This document shows positions 9,387 to 19,926 of a stretch of DNA of 64,000 nt, one piece after another. A program made the translations under genes and the position numbers. The notes beneath the pieces are model-generated. The model was not told where the DNA came from. It searched no databases and worked only from the letters and a program-made list of their open reading frames with translations. Within the stretch, counting starts at the first letter, position 1; the number at the start of each line of letters is the position of its first letter. The DNA comes from Cyanophyceae cyanobacterium. GTDB lineage: Bacteria > Cyanobacteriota > Cyanobacteriia > Cyanobacteriales > Laspinemataceae. The stretch spans positions 32,001-96,000 of the forward strand of contig JBBQFN010000003.1 in NCBI GenBank assembly GCA_038321985.1. The letters run 5' to 3'.

Positions 9387-10456
9387 AAGCACTAATTCTT
9401 TCTGGTGGAAAAGGTACCCGCCTGCGACCCCTAACCTACTCCGGTGCTAAACAGCTAGTGCCGGTCGCCAATAAACCGATCCTGTGGTATGGCATTGAAG
9501 GAATTGTGGCCGCAGGAATTACGGATATTGGAATTATTATCAGTCCGGAAACGGGCGAAGAGGTAAAATCCCTGACCGGCAATGGCGATCGCTTCGGTGC
9601 CAACATTACCTATATTTTACAAGACCAACCGGCAGGTTTGGCTCATGCGGTTAAAATCGCTCGCCCGTTTTTAGGGGATGCTCCATTTATTATGTATCTT
9701 GGGGATAACCTAATTCAACGACCGCTCAATCCCTTTTTGGATAAGTTTAAAGAAGAAAAACTCGATGCTTTAATTCTGCTGCGACCTGTGTTAAATCCGA
9801 GCGCTTTTGGGGTTGCAAAAGTAGATAGCAAAGGCAAAGTTTTGGAGTTGATTGAAAAACCAAAAGACCCGCCGTCTAATTTAGCCCTAGTCGGAATTTA
9901 CTTTTTTTCCCCTAATATTCACGATGCGATCGCCGATATCCAACCCTCGGCGCGGGGAGAATTAGAAATTACCGATGCGATTCAGCGCCTCATCGATTGG
10001 AAAACCTTAGTCGAATCCTGTACCTTAGAAGGGTGGTGGTTAGATACGGGGAAAAAAGATGACCTCCTCGAAGCCAATCGGATCATTCTTGATACTCAAC
10101 TGGTGGCACAGAATCAAGCTGAAGTTGATTCCCCCAGTCAAATTATTGGGCGAGTTCAAATTGGGGCGGGAACGAAAGTAATTAATAGTTCAATTCGGGG
10201 TCCCGTCATTATTGGCGAAAATTGTTATATAGAAAATTGCTTTATCGGTCCTTATAGCAGTATCGCCGATCATGTTAAGTTAATTGAAGCGGATTTAGAA
10301 CATAGTGTGGTCTTACATAGCGCTCAAATTATCGGCATTCATCAACGATTGGTAGATAGTGTCATCGGTAGGCGAGCGCAATTGACGAGCGCCCCCCGAC
10401 GTCCAAAAGCGTTACGGTTTATGATTGGCGATGATTCTCATATTGAATTACCCTAA
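9383..10456 (+). CDS. rfbA: Glucose-1-phosphate thymidylyltransferase (long form)
   Basis: MKALILSGGKGTRLRPLT, KQLVPVANKP, SARGELEITDA, WWLDTG, and a C-terminal left-handed beta-helix. Confidence 0.93.
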   Translation: MKALILSGGKGTRLRPLTYSGAKQLVPVANKPILWYGIEGIVAAGITDIGIIISPETGEEVKSLTGNGDRFGANITYILQDQPAGLAHAVKIARPFLGDAPFIMYLGDNLIQRPLNPFLDKFKEEKLDALILLRPVLNPSAFGVAKVDSKGKVLELIEKPKDPPSNLALVGIYFFSPNIHDAIADIQPSARGELEITDAIQRLIDWKTLVESCTLEGWWLDTGKKDDLLEANRIILDTQLVAQNQAEVDSPSQIIGRVQIGAGTKVINSSIRGPVIIGENCYIENCFIGPYSSIADHVKLIEADLEHSVVLHSAQIIGIHQRLVDSVIGRRAQLTSAPRRPKALRFMIGDDSHIELP

Positions 10457-10477
10457 TTTGACCGAATGAAAGCGCCA

Positions 10478-10523
10478 GGATGAAGGATGAATTTTCCGGA
10501 TTCGGTTTATCCTTCATCCTTCC
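10478..10523. repeat. Inverted heptamer repeats (GGATGAA)2 ... (TTTATCC TTCATCC), hairpin-forming
   Basis: Read directly in the rfbA-GT2 spacer. Confidence 0.75.
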
Positions 10524-10562
10524 AGTAAACCGGTCAAAAATCCGAGAGGATATCAACGTCAG

Positions 10563-11465
10563 GTGATTTATTTTGTAACCGTCAATTATTATTCCGCAGA
10601 ATTAATTAATAAATTAGTCCAATCCATTGAGGAACAGGCTAGTCTTGAATATCGGGTGATTATTGTTAACAATTCCCCGGACGACTGCTCGATTTACGGG
10701 GTGGAACGAGAGTCTACTGTAATTTTGGAATCTGGGGAAAATCTGGGGTTTGGTGCGGGGTGCAATCTTGGACTCCACTGGGTATATCAGCAAGATCCCC
10801 AAGGAATTGTCTGGTTAATCAATCCGGATACTCTCGTGCGATCGGCAGGATGGGACAAAGTTCCGAATTTGTTCGCAATGAATCCTGAAGTGTCCATTTT
10901 AGGTACAATTGTTTATGAACCCACCGGCAATCTTTGGTTTGCGGGTGGGGTGTTTATTCCGAGTCAGGGTGCGATTCTGGAAAAAAACCTGTTAAGCCTA
11001 GACAACAGTGGGGATTATGTTCCTTGCGACTGGGTAACGGGTTGCAGTTTATTAATCAATTTCAAAAATTTTTCAGACTGTCCTACCTTTGACCCCGATT
11101 ACTTTCTCTATTATGAAGATTTTGATTTTTGTAGACGCTATGCCGCACAAGGGCATATTATCGGGGTAACTCCTAAATTAAGCCTGATTCATTCTCCATC
11201 CTCCATTGCAGATACTCAGGTTAAAAATAAATTCAAACACAGTACCTACAGCTATTTACGAACGATGGAAAAGTACAGTCCAAAAAGAGTTTTAATCGGG
11301 CGATTGTTTCGTTTAATTGGAAATGCCATAATTTTGAGTTTTTTCAAACCCGATATTGCCTGGGGGAAGTTTGCCGGGGTGGTGCAATATTGCCAGCGAT
11401 CGCCCCTGCTCAAAACAGCACTCACTCGGCTATTAAATTTGAAACCCACCAGTGCCGGGTGTTGA
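10563..11465 (+). CDS. Glycosyltransferase family 2 (rhamnosyltransferase-like)
   Basis: NLGFGAGCN, LINPD, WVTGCSLL, FLYYEDFDFCRR. Confidence 0.9.
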   Translation: MIYFVTVNYYSAELINKLVQSIEEQASLEYRVIIVNNSPDDCSIYGVERESTVILESGENLGFGAGCNLGLHWVYQQDPQGIVWLINPDTLVRSAGWDKVPNLFAMNPEVSILGTIVYEPTGNLWFAGGVFIPSQGAILEKNLLSLDNSGDYVPCDWVTGCSLLINFKNFSDCPTFDPDYFLYYEDFDFCRRYAAQGHIIGVTPKLSLIHSPSSIADTQVKNKFKHSTYSYLRTMEKYSPKRVLIGRLFRLIGNAIILSFFKPDIAWGKFAGVVQYCQRSPLLKTALTRLLNLKPTSAGC

Positions 11466-11537
11466 CTTTGGATAGAACAACCGCGTTCGCTCTTGACCTG
11501 TCGTTGGACGTCACGCAAAAATCCGAGGTGTACGCTC

Positions 11538-12608
11538 TTGAGTTCCCTGTCCATTAATCTGTCATTTTTAATTCCCCAGCCCACGGGGATTACCACTTAT
11601 GCTAACCAAATTGTACCTCATCTGAACTCTTTGGATCCTACCTTATTAGTAGGACAGGAATTACCTGCTTATAATTGTTATTTAGTGCCTGATGATTTAA
11701 CCCCAGACTATGGAAAAAAAGGGCATTTAAAGCGTCTATGGTGGACTCAACAACAGCTTCCTAAAATTTATAAAACCTTACGATCGCAACTCCTATTTTC
11801 CCCAGTGCCGGAAGCTCCTTTGTTTTCCTCCTGTCGCTCTGTGGTCATGGTTCACGATTTTATTCCCCTGCGATTTCCCAATAAACGGTCTCCCTTAACT
11901 TATTATCATCGCTATTATATCCCCCTAGTTTTGCAACAAGCTACTCATATTATCTGCAATTCAATGTCCACCGCACGAGATATTAGTAATTTTTGTAAGA
12001 TCTCGCCTCGTAAAATCACCCCCATTCCCTTGGGATACGATGCAGATAATTTTAAATTTTTAAACCTGCCCGTTAGTAATTATTTTCTCTATGTGGGTCG
12101 CTGTGACCCCTATAAAAATCTGCATCGATTAATCGCAGCATTTGCCAATTTAGCCCCGGGTTCAGACTATGACTTGTGGTTAGCCGGTTCAGGGGATCCA
12201 CGCTACAGTCCAGCGCTCAAGCAACAAGTGAAAGAGTTGGGATTGTGTGAGCGAGTAAAATTTCTGGAATATGTACCCTACGAGAAGTTGCCCGTGCTCA
12301 TGAATCAAGCGATCGCCTTGGTATTTCCTTCCTTGTGGGAGGGATTTGGTTTGCCGGCCCTAGAAGCAATGGCCTGTGGAACCCCGGTGATTACTTCAAA
12401 TCGCTCTTCCCTGCCGGAAGTGACTGGGGATGCCGGGATATTAGTCGATCCGTACAATATTCGAGAAATTTCTAGTGCTATGCTTGCGGTGGCCCTGGGT
12501 TCAACGACGCGGCTGCGCCTGCGGGAACTGGGTTTAGCCCGCGCAAGTCAGTTTAGTTGGTCTCAAACCGGAATCTCCACAGGAGAAATTTTGAAAGACT
12601 ACCTTTAA
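11538..12608 (+). CDS. Glycosyltransferase family 4
   Basis: FPSLWEGFGLPALEAMACGTPVI; TTG start at 11538 preceded by GAGGTG. Confidence 0.9.
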   Translation: MSSLSINLSFLIPQPTGITTYANQIVPHLNSLDPTLLVGQELPAYNCYLVPDDLTPDYGKKGHLKRLWWTQQQLPKIYKTLRSQLLFSPVPEAPLFSSCRSVVMVHDFIPLRFPNKRSPLTYYHRYYIPLVLQQATHIICNSMSTARDISNFCKISPRKITPIPLGYDADNFKFLNLPVSNYFLYVGRCDPYKNLHRLIAAFANLAPGSDYDLWLAGSGDPRYSPALKQQVKELGLCERVKFLEYVPYEKLPVLMNQAIALVFPSLWEGFGLPALEAMACGTPVITSNRSSLPEVTGDAGILVDPYNIREISSAMLAVALGSTTRLRLRELGLARASQFSWSQTGISTGEILKDYL

Positions 12609-12610
12609 AA

Positions 12611-12665
12611 ATGAAGGCACAAGGATAAAGGATGACTCGAAAATTCATCCGTCCTTCATCCTTCC
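12611..12665. repeat. Inverted degenerate heptamer repeats (GGATAAA/GGATGA ... TTCATCC)
   Basis: Same repeat family as 268-306 and 10478-10523; lies just after the GT4 stop. Confidence 0.65.
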
Positions 12666-12792
12666 CTATAGAGACTCTTAAACGGCTTACCTCCGGATTT
12701 CAGTTTTTTATCCGTGTTTAGTAGGATATTTCTGTGGAAATGCTATTCTCCACAGTGAATCTATTATTAGTGTGTGTGGAGTGAATAAAATT

Positions 12793-14328
12793 ATGGTAAC
12801 AACTCCAGCCTGGACGCAGGGCTCTGGATCGAACGGCTCATCATTAACCCTAACTGCGGTGAATGGGTCTAAATCTGTACAAAACCCCAAACCGATTGTC
12901 GGGAAAGAGGTTATCAATCGCTTCTCGGTAGTAGAAACTGGAATTTACCTGCCTAATACTCCCTTATTTGGAACCGATGGAATTCGCGGTCGAGTAGGAG
13001 ATTTTCTAAATGCACCCCTCGCCTTGCAGGTCGGATTTTGGGCCGGACAGGTCCTCAAAGCCCAAATTGGGACAACAGGTCCGATTATTTTAGGGCAAGA
13101 TTCTCGAAATTCTAGCGATATGTTAGCAATGGCCCTCTCTGCGGGCCTGACGTCGGCAGGTTTAGAGGTCTGGAATTTAGGGTTATGTCCAACCCCCTGC
13201 GTTGCTTACTTGACCAGCGTTTCTGAGGCCATTGGTGGGGTGATGATTTCTGCGAGTCACAATCCCCCGGGGGATAATGGAATTAAGTTTTTTGGGTCTG
13301 AGGGAACGAAGCTACCTGCCTCCGTGCAAAAGCAGATTGAAGCCGGTATCCGAGGTCAGATGGATACCGCAGGTGCGACAGGTATCTGGGGACATCAGTA
13401 TTATAGGCCCGAGTTAGTGGCGGATTATGCTAGGGCGTTGCAACTCCCCTTGATATATGGGGCTGGTAATGAGGAATTGCCCTTACAGGGAATGCGGATT
13501 GTTTTAGATTTGGCCTGGGGTGCAGCCGCGATGTTGGCACCGGAGGTGTTTAAGGCATTAGGGGCTGAAATTATCTGCTTGCACGATCGCCCGGATGGCG
13601 ATCGGATTAATGTAGGCTGCGGTTCTACCTATCTAGATGTACTCCAATCCTCCGTCAAGGCATACAATGCCGATATGGGCTTTGCCTTTGATGGCGACGC
13701 CGATCGCGTGTTAGGGGTGGATGATAAAGGCCGTCCCATCGATGGGGATTATATTCTATATTTGTGGGGAAACACCCTTCAACAGTCCGGGCAACTCCCC
13801 GACTCAACGATTGTTGCTACAGTTATGTCTAACTTGGGATTTGAAAGGGCCTGGGAAAAACAGGGCGGTACACTGCTGCGCACTCCCGTCGGCGATCAGC
13901 ACGTCCATGCCGAGATGCTTCGCACCGGGTCAATGTTAGGGGGTGAACAATCCGGTCACATCCTCTGTCGTCACTATGGCGTGACTGGGGATGGGGTAAT
14001 GACGGCCCTCCATATCGCCAGTGTAGTTCGGAAAAATGGCGGTTCCCTGGCGCAGATGGTAGATGAGAGTTTTCAGACCTATCCGCAACTGTTGCGGAAT
14101 GTCCGGGTAGAAGACCGCGATCGCCGGATGGATTGGGAAAGTTGCGAACCCGTGCAAACTGCGATCGAGCAGGCTACCGCTGCAATGGGCGATCAGGGTC
14201 GGATTTTAGTCCGGGCCTCGGGTACTGAACCCTTGATCCGGGTGATGGTGGAAGCCGCAACTGCGGAATTGGCTAACCACTGGACCGAAAATTTAGTTCG
14301 AGTTGTGGAGCAACATTTGGCCGCTTAG
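12793..14328 (+). CDS. glmM: Phosphoglucosamine mutase
   Basis: [44 protein letters not shown]; exact start uncertain. Confidence 0.95.
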   Translation: MVTTPAWTQGSGSNGSSLTLTAVNGSKSVQNPKPIVGKEVINRFSVVETGIYLPNTPLFGTDGIRGRVGDFLNAPLALQVGFWAGQVLKAQIGTTGPIILGQDSRNSSDMLAMALSAGLTSAGLEVWNLGLCPTPCVAYLTSVSEAIGGVMISASHNPPGDNGIKFFGSEGTKLPASVQKQIEAGIRGQMDTAGATGIWGHQYYRPELVADYARALQLPLIYGAGNEELPLQGMRIVLDLAWGAAAMLAPEVFKALGAEIICLHDRPDGDRINVGCGSTYLDVLQSSVKAYNADMGFAFDGDADRVLGVDDKGRPIDGDYILYLWGNTLQQSGQLPDSTIVATVMSNLGFERAWEKQGGTLLRTPVGDQHVHAEMLRTGSMLGGEQSGHILCRHYGVTGDGVMTALHIASVVRKNGGSLAQMVDESFQTYPQLLRNVRVEDRDRRMDWESCEPVQTAIEQATAAMGDQGRILVRASGTEPLIRVMVEAATAELANHWTENLVRVVEQHLAA

Positions 14329-14374
14329 AGTCAAATTATACCGCTAAGTTACATCTTTAAAGTGGAATAAATTT

Positions 14375-14410
14375 AGAAAAGAAGGCGCGAGCGATCGGGT
14401 CTTCTTTTCT
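14375..14410 (+). terminator. Hairpin after glmM, probable intrinsic terminator
   Basis: agaaaagaag ... cttcttttct inverted repeat followed by T's. Confidence 0.55.
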
Positions 14411-14670
14411 TTGTTGGGAGAGAAGTTCGTTGGGTAGAGGCCAGGGAAAAAGGCGATATCGCGGGGGCTGACCCTTTAGCTGGCTATTTTAGTTTTGAGT
14501 GGCTTTCGCGCTATCCTAGGGCACAAAGGCGATCGCTTGAACTGAAACCCTGGACATCTGGAGGAAACCCGGGGCCAGTTAGCAAGGAACCGTACCCCGG
14601 TGATTGACCTTTTGTTGATAACTTGAACATCATCTGTTAAGAAAGGACAGACCCGACTCAAAAGTAAGTT

Positions 14671-15870
14671 ATGGATGATTCAGAATTAGAGGTTTTACTC
14701 TTCAATGGCGAAGCTGATCGAATAGAACGAAAATCTTCGCTATCCGATCGCAGTGCAATACGTCAGGCTATTTGTGCGTTTGCCAAGGACTTGCCCAACT
14801 ATCAAAAACCTGGGGTAGTATTTATTGGGGTGAATGATGGTGATGGGAGTTGTGCCCATCTCCCCGTGACTGACGAACTCTTGCGAACCCTAGCCGATAT
14901 GCGATCCGATGGCAATATTCTGCCGTTTCCAACCCTAACTGTGCAAAAGCGAACCCTAGCTGGTTGTGAATTAGCCGTGGTTATCGTTGAGCCCTCAGAT
15001 GTTCCTCCCGTGCGTTTAAATGGTCGAATTTGGGTGCGCGTTGGAACCCGTCGCGCCACGGCTACCCGTGAAGAAGAACGTCGCCTGTCCGAGAAACGTC
15101 GTTCCAGAGATTTGCCTTTCGATATTCACCCTTTACCGTCTGCCACATTAGACGATTTGAATTTAAACTTATTTCAACAAGAATATTTACCCGCTAGTTT
15201 ACCAGCAGATATTTTAGAACAGAATCAAAGATCCATCGCACAGCAACTCGCTTCAGTTCGGTTTACTAATCGGGTTGAACCTCCGATTTCTCCGACTATC
15301 TTAGGGATGTTAGTCGTTGGCATAAACCCTAGAGCATTTATTCCCGGATCCTACCTGCAATTTTTACGCATTGAAGGAACAGATTTAACCGATCCGATTA
15401 AAGACCAAAAAGAAATTTTTGGAACTCTTTCTCAGGTATTAATACAGTTAGACGAAACTCTACAAACTCATATTTCTATTGCCTCTGATATCACGTCTCA
15501 ATCCCGAGAAATCAAACAACCCGATTATCCGGTAGTGGCTCTACAGCAACTGGTTAGAAACGCCGTATTACATCGCAACTATGAAAGCACGAATGCACCC
15601 GTGCGGATCACTTGGTTTAGCGATCGCATTGAAATTCAAAATCCTGGGGGTCCCTTCGGACAAGTGAACCGGGAGAACTTTGGTCAACCCGGAGTCACAG
15701 ACTACCGCAACCCTAACTTAGCCGAAGCGATGAAAAATTTAGGCTATGTACAAAGATTTGGGATGGGGATTCCACTCGCTCGCAAGGAACTCCAAAAAAA
15801 TGGCAACCCACCCCCAGAATTTATTGTTGAAGATGCTCATTTATTAGTGATTGTCAGGAGACATCCATGA
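14671..15870 (+). CDS. Schlafen/AlbA_2 domain + HATPase_c_4 (GHKL-like) protein
   Basis: N-terminal EADRIERK..AICAFAK..GVVFIGVND (AlbA_2 ExxxxExK); C-terminal RNAVLHRNY, RIEIQNPGG, RNPNLAEAM..LGYVQRFGMGI. Confidence 0.85.
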   Translation: MDDSELEVLLFNGEADRIERKSSLSDRSAIRQAICAFAKDLPNYQKPGVVFIGVNDGDGSCAHLPVTDELLRTLADMRSDGNILPFPTLTVQKRTLAGCELAVVIVEPSDVPPVRLNGRIWVRVGTRRATATREEERRLSEKRRSRDLPFDIHPLPSATLDDLNLNLFQQEYLPASLPADILEQNQRSIAQQLASVRFTNRVEPPISPTILGMLVVGINPRAFIPGSYLQFLRIEGTDLTDPIKDQKEIFGTLSQVLIQLDETLQTHISIASDITSQSREIKQPDYPVVALQQLVRNAVLHRNYESTNAPVRITWFSDRIEIQNPGGPFGQVNRENFGQPGVTDYRNPNLAEAMKNLGYVQRFGMGIPLARKELQKNGNPPPEFIVEDAHLLVIVRRHP

Positions 15871-16916
15871 CGGCTCCCATTATTGCTTTTTTTAATAACA
15901 AAGGTGGAGTAGGGAAGACTTCTCTAGTCTATCATCTAGCCTGGATGTATAGCAATTTGGGCTTGCGAGTTCTCGCGGTGGATTTAGACCCCCAAGCGAA
16001 TCTCAGCGCAGCCTTTCTCGATGAAGACCGCTTAGAAGAAATTTGGGAAGGGAAGTCTGCTCCTAATACAATTTTTCGCTGTGTACAGCCTTTAATCCGA
16101 GGCACGGGTGATATTGTAGCGCCTCAACTCGAAATTATTCCGTGGGAGAGCTCCGTTAACGATGAAAATTTAGCCTTATTGGTTGGAGATTTATCTCTGT
16201 CTGGATTTGAGGATGAATTATCTGCGGAATGGCCGGGATGTCTGGATAGAAAAGAACGCTCTTTCCGAGTCATTTCTGCGTTTTATCGACTCATCCAGTC
16301 GGCTGCGGTGAGTCATCAAGCGGATATTGTTTTGGCAGATCTCGGACCCAATTTAGGGGCGATTAATCGGGCGGCTTTGATTGCCTGCGAAGCTGTAGTT
16401 GTCCCTTTATCACCGGATTTATTCTCCTTACAAGGATTAAAAAATTTAGGTCCAACTCTCAAGCGGTGGCGAGAAGAATGGCAAGAACGGGTAGCCAAGA
16501 ATCCTGCGTCTGATTTAAGTCTTCCTCCGGGTAAAATGCAACCCCTAGGATATATTGTTCTCCAGCATTCAGTCCGGCTAGACCGGCCCGTAAAAGCTTA
16601 TCAGCGATGGATTGAGCGAATTCCTGCGGTTTATCGGGAAGCGGTATTATTCCAGGAGAGAGAAAATAGTATTCCCCTGCCAAAAGAAGACCCCTACTGC
16701 TTAGGGTTACTGAAAAATTATCAAAGTCTGATGCCTATGGCTCAAGAAGCTCACAAACCGATGTTTCATTTGAAACCGGCTGATGGAGCGCTTGGTGCTC
16801 ATCTAAATGCAGTCCAAGGGGTTTACGACGCGTTTCAAAAATTGGCGATGAAAATTGCTGAATTAGTGTCCATACCGATCGCATTGCCGCCGACTGGAGA
16901 GGAGTCTAGTCGTTAA
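15867..16916 (+). CDS. Orphan ParA/Soj-like (AAA_31) ATPase
   Basis: Deviant Walker A FFNNKGGVGKT, VDLDPQANL, DLGPNLG; ATGA overlap with the upstream gene. Confidence 0.88.
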   Translation: MTAPIIAFFNNKGGVGKTSLVYHLAWMYSNLGLRVLAVDLDPQANLSAAFLDEDRLEEIWEGKSAPNTIFRCVQPLIRGTGDIVAPQLEIIPWESSVNDENLALLVGDLSLSGFEDELSAEWPGCLDRKERSFRVISAFYRLIQSAAVSHQADIVLADLGPNLGAINRAALIACEAVVVPLSPDLFSLQGLKNLGPTLKRWREEWQERVAKNPASDLSLPPGKMQPLGYIVLQHSVRLDRPVKAYQRWIERIPAVYREAVLFQERENSIPLPKEDPYCLGLLKNYQSLMPMAQEAHKPMFHLKPADGALGAHLNAVQGVYDAFQKLAMKIAELVSIPIALPPTGEESSR

Positions 16917-17175
16917 AAATAGGTGCTTTAGAAGCCTGAAGGGGCTTGATACCGAGGGTAGGCCCGAGTCAGCCGGGGTGCAATTTCTGACGGTGTAATT
17001 TTCTATCTGCCGGGTGATAACGGAGATCGCCATCCCACGAACCTGAATATAGCCGCCCGAGTAGATTTAATGCTATCACTAAGAAATGAATGATCGCGTT
17101 GGTGTAGCCATCAGGAGAGAGAGAGGCCCGCCGGTTCCCGGATCTAATTCCTGGGGAAAAAGTCACCATCGAAAT

Positions 17176-18831
17176 ATGTTAAAAAGTAAACAAAAATCTA
17201 AGAAAAAGTCCCAGCAAAATAATAACGCACAAGCGCCTACTCTGAGTCCAAAAGAACTGACGGCCCACCAAAAAAAATTAGAGCGCGAACGCAAAGCGAT
17301 GATTCAATCGTTCGCAACCTATGGCGGTCTCGGTCTGGCGATCGCAGTTGTACTTTTTTTTGTCGCCGACTTCAAGATCGCTGTAGCCGGTGGCGGTGGG
17401 GTTGCAGTTTTATTACTCTCCTACAAATACCCTCGTTTAGCAATTTGGGGTTTCCTGATCTATCTCCCCATCTCCGGCACCGTTACTTACTGGATCGGTG
17501 GGGGAAATGCCCTTTTTCAACTGGCTAAAGATGCGTTTTACATCCCAGCAGTGCTCGCCCTCTACCGAGAAATTAAGGGTAAAAAACTCCCCTTCTTAAT
17601 TCCTCCCCAACTGGGTCCCGCACTGAACATACTTCTCGGGGTTTGTCTGTTGACTCTGTTGTTTGTCAACGGTGCTCAGCAGTTTGGTCCCGGTCCTGAG
17701 GGGCAGCCGTTGCCGATGGGACTTTTGGGGATGAAAGTTTTCGTCGGCTATATTCCCTTAATCGGGTGCAGCTATTATCTGATTCGGAGCAAAAAAGAAT
17801 TTTTGTGGCTGACCCGCACCCATATCCTGCTCGCCCTCCTCTGCTGTGGACTGGGTGTTTTACAGTATTGGATGCTCCTCTCCGGTCGCTGTGCGGGTAC
17901 TCGGGGCTATGTGGGATCTGATCTCTTTAAAGCCACCCTTGATGCTAAATGTCTCGTCGGAGGGTCTCTTGTTTTTAGCCCCGAGGTGAACATGATTCGC
18001 TTGCCGGGTACCTTTGTCGCACCCTGGCAGTGGGCTTGGTTCCTAATTGCTAACCTCTTTTTTACCTTTGCCTCGGCATTTAACGATCCTTCATTAATCT
18101 GGAAAGTTCTCAGTTTTCTGGCAATGGCTTTGATCTTTGTTAATTCAGTAATTTCGGGTCAACGAATTGCTCTAGCTCTTGTCCCGGTATTTACGGTTAT
18201 TCTGCTGGTAGTCACCGGCCAACTCACCAATATCAAACGATTTGTTCCGATCGCAGCTGGACTAGGGATTGTGGGATTTGTGGCACTGGTTATATTTCCG
18301 GATGTCGTGACGGAGCGGATCGATAGTTTTGTCAGCCGGTGGAATGCTTCTCCGCCTACGGACTTTATCGCCCACCAAGCCGAATTTACCTCGAAAGGAC
18401 AGAGTGGATTTTTTGGGCAAGGTTTGGGCCGCGCCACCAACTCGGCGCGAATGTTTGGCGAGACCAAGCTAATCGAAACCTACTATCCTAAACTCCTCTA
18501 TGAAATTGGTCCAGCGGGGGTGATTGGGTTTCTGATTTTCGTAACGACTCTGACCTATCTAGCATTTAAAACCTATCGGTCTGTCAAAGATAAAAATCTC
18601 CGGGGCTATGGCGCATCTTATTGGGTTTTTATCTTATTTATCAGCTATAACACTTACTATTATCCCCTGGATGTGGACCCGGTGGCAATTTATTACTGGG
18701 TTTTTGCAGGGTTGTTGTTCAAGTTACCGGATCTAGACCGTGAGGTAGCTCAGGAAAAACTTAAAGCAGAGGAACTGGGTTTGCTAGAGGATAAACAATC
18801 GTCTAAAAAGAAGAAGAAAAAAAAGAAATAA
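17176..18831 (+). CDS. hpsL: Hormogonium/gliding polysaccharide biosynthesis membrane protein HpsL (Wzy/O-antigen ligase-like)
   Basis: Polytopic membrane protein with RLPGTF, GQGLGRATNSAR and ETYYPKLLYE motifs; heads a GT2-GT4-GT4 cluster recognised as hps. Confidence 0.8.
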   Translation: MLKSKQKSKKKSQQNNNAQAPTLSPKELTAHQKKLERERKAMIQSFATYGGLGLAIAVVLFFVADFKIAVAGGGGVAVLLLSYKYPRLAIWGFLIYLPISGTVTYWIGGGNALFQLAKDAFYIPAVLALYREIKGKKLPFLIPPQLGPALNILLGVCLLTLLFVNGAQQFGPGPEGQPLPMGLLGMKVFVGYIPLIGCSYYLIRSKKEFLWLTRTHILLALLCCGLGVLQYWMLLSGRCAGTRGYVGSDLFKATLDAKCLVGGSLVFSPEVNMIRLPGTFVAPWQWAWFLIANLFFTFASAFNDPSLIWKVLSFLAMALIFVNSVISGQRIALALVPVFTVILLVVTGQLTNIKRFVPIAAGLGIVGFVALVIFPDVVTERIDSFVSRWNASPPTDFIAHQAEFTSKGQSGFFGQGLGRATNSARMFGETKLIETYYPKLLYEIGPAGVIGFLIFVTTLTYLAFKTYRSVKDKNLRGYGASYWVFILFISYNTYYYPLDVDPVAIYYWVFAGLLFKLPDLDREVAQEKLKAEELGLLEDKQSSKKKKKKKK

Positions 18832-18910
18832 CCTGGAACTCTAAACAGCCCGTTTTCCTTGGCGATCGCCTTCGATTCATCGAAACTCTAAACGTTCAAC
18901 CCATCACTCT

Positions 18911-19918
18911 ATGTCTTTACCCTCAATTTCTGTAATTATCCCCACCTACAATCGAGAAAAGGTGCTGCGAGAGACCCTTGCCGATGTCCTTCTACAAGAC
19001 TACCCGGATTTTGATGTGCTGGTGGTGGATCAAACCCCCACTCACGAACCCGAAACCGATGCCTATCTTAAAACACTCGCCGAGTCCAATCGCATTAACT
19101 GGTTGCGCCTGGATTGGGCGAGTTTACCCGGTGCTCGTAACTATGCCGTGCGGCGATCGCCTGGGGAGATTATTCTGTTTCTCGATGATGATGTCCAACT
19201 TCCCTCGGGTTTTCTGCACGCCCATGCCCGCAATTATCTTGATAAACCGGAGGTAGGGGCGATCGCGGGTCGAGTTTTTGATCGCATGAAACTCGCTGAT
19301 TCCGGTGGCGGTTTAACCGTCGAGGATTTACCCCCAGAAGCCATGGATCCGGGCATTGCTTGGTATTATATTGACCTAGTGCATACGGTTAAACCCCAGG
19401 AAGTGCTATCGGTTCGCGGTTGCAATATGTCCTTCCGTCGCGAGATTTTCGACCAGTATGGATTACACTTTGACGAACGCTTTCGAGGCAGTGCAGTGCG
19501 GGAAGAGTCGGATTTTTGCTTGCGGTTACGACAAACGGGGTACAAAATCTGGTATGAACCCGAGGCTCACTTAGTTCATTTAGGAGAAGAAACGGGCGGT
19601 TGTCATGATATTAGCATTCGTTCCATTAGCTACCAAATCACTTTTTATCACAACCATTTTCTCCTGGGTTTAAAAAATCTCACCCTCTCCCAATGTCTGC
19701 GCTTTTTCACTCGTTTATTCGACTGCCATGTACTGGGGCATCCCCCCTGCAATAAAAGCGGTTCGCCGATTAAAACTCTCGTGCGCGGGTGGTTTTATAC
19801 CTTGGGGTTTCTAAATGCGGTTGGAACTGTTCTGCAATCCCGCTTCCAGGATGGACAAATTTATACCCAACAAGACGAACTGGCAAAGTCTAAAACAACC
19901 TTACCCGTCAATTCATAG
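18911..19918 (+). CDS. hpsN: GT2 glycosyltransferase HpsN
   Basis: SVIIPTYNRE, FLDDD, RGCNMSFRR, REESDFC, HLGEETGGCHD; hps context. Confidence 0.75.
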   Translation: MSLPSISVIIPTYNREKVLRETLADVLLQDYPDFDVLVVDQTPTHEPETDAYLKTLAESNRINWLRLDWASLPGARNYAVRRSPGEIILFLDDDVQLPSGFLHAHARNYLDKPEVGAIAGRVFDRMKLADSGGGLTVEDLPPEAMDPGIAWYYIDLVHTVKPQEVLSVRGCNMSFRREIFDQYGLHFDERFRGSAVREESDFCLRLRQTGYKIWYEPEAHLVHLGEETGGCHDISIRSISYQITFYHNHFLLGLKNLTLSQCLRFFTRLFDCHVLGHPPCNKSGSPIKTLVRGWFYTLGFLNAVGTVLQSRFQDGQIYTQQDELAKSKTTLPVNS

Positions 19919-19926
19919 TAGATGCC

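Noticed and set aside
5867..10456. rfbB missing from the rhamnose cluster
   Set aside because: It is often located elsewhere in cyanobacterial genomes, so its absence cannot be judged from one window.
14411..14670. GC-rich stretch with a ccgggg..ccccgg hairpin upstream of the AlbA_2 gene, as a possible att site or ncRNA
   Set aside because: I found no matching direct repeat on the other side of the cassette and no recognisable RNA motif.
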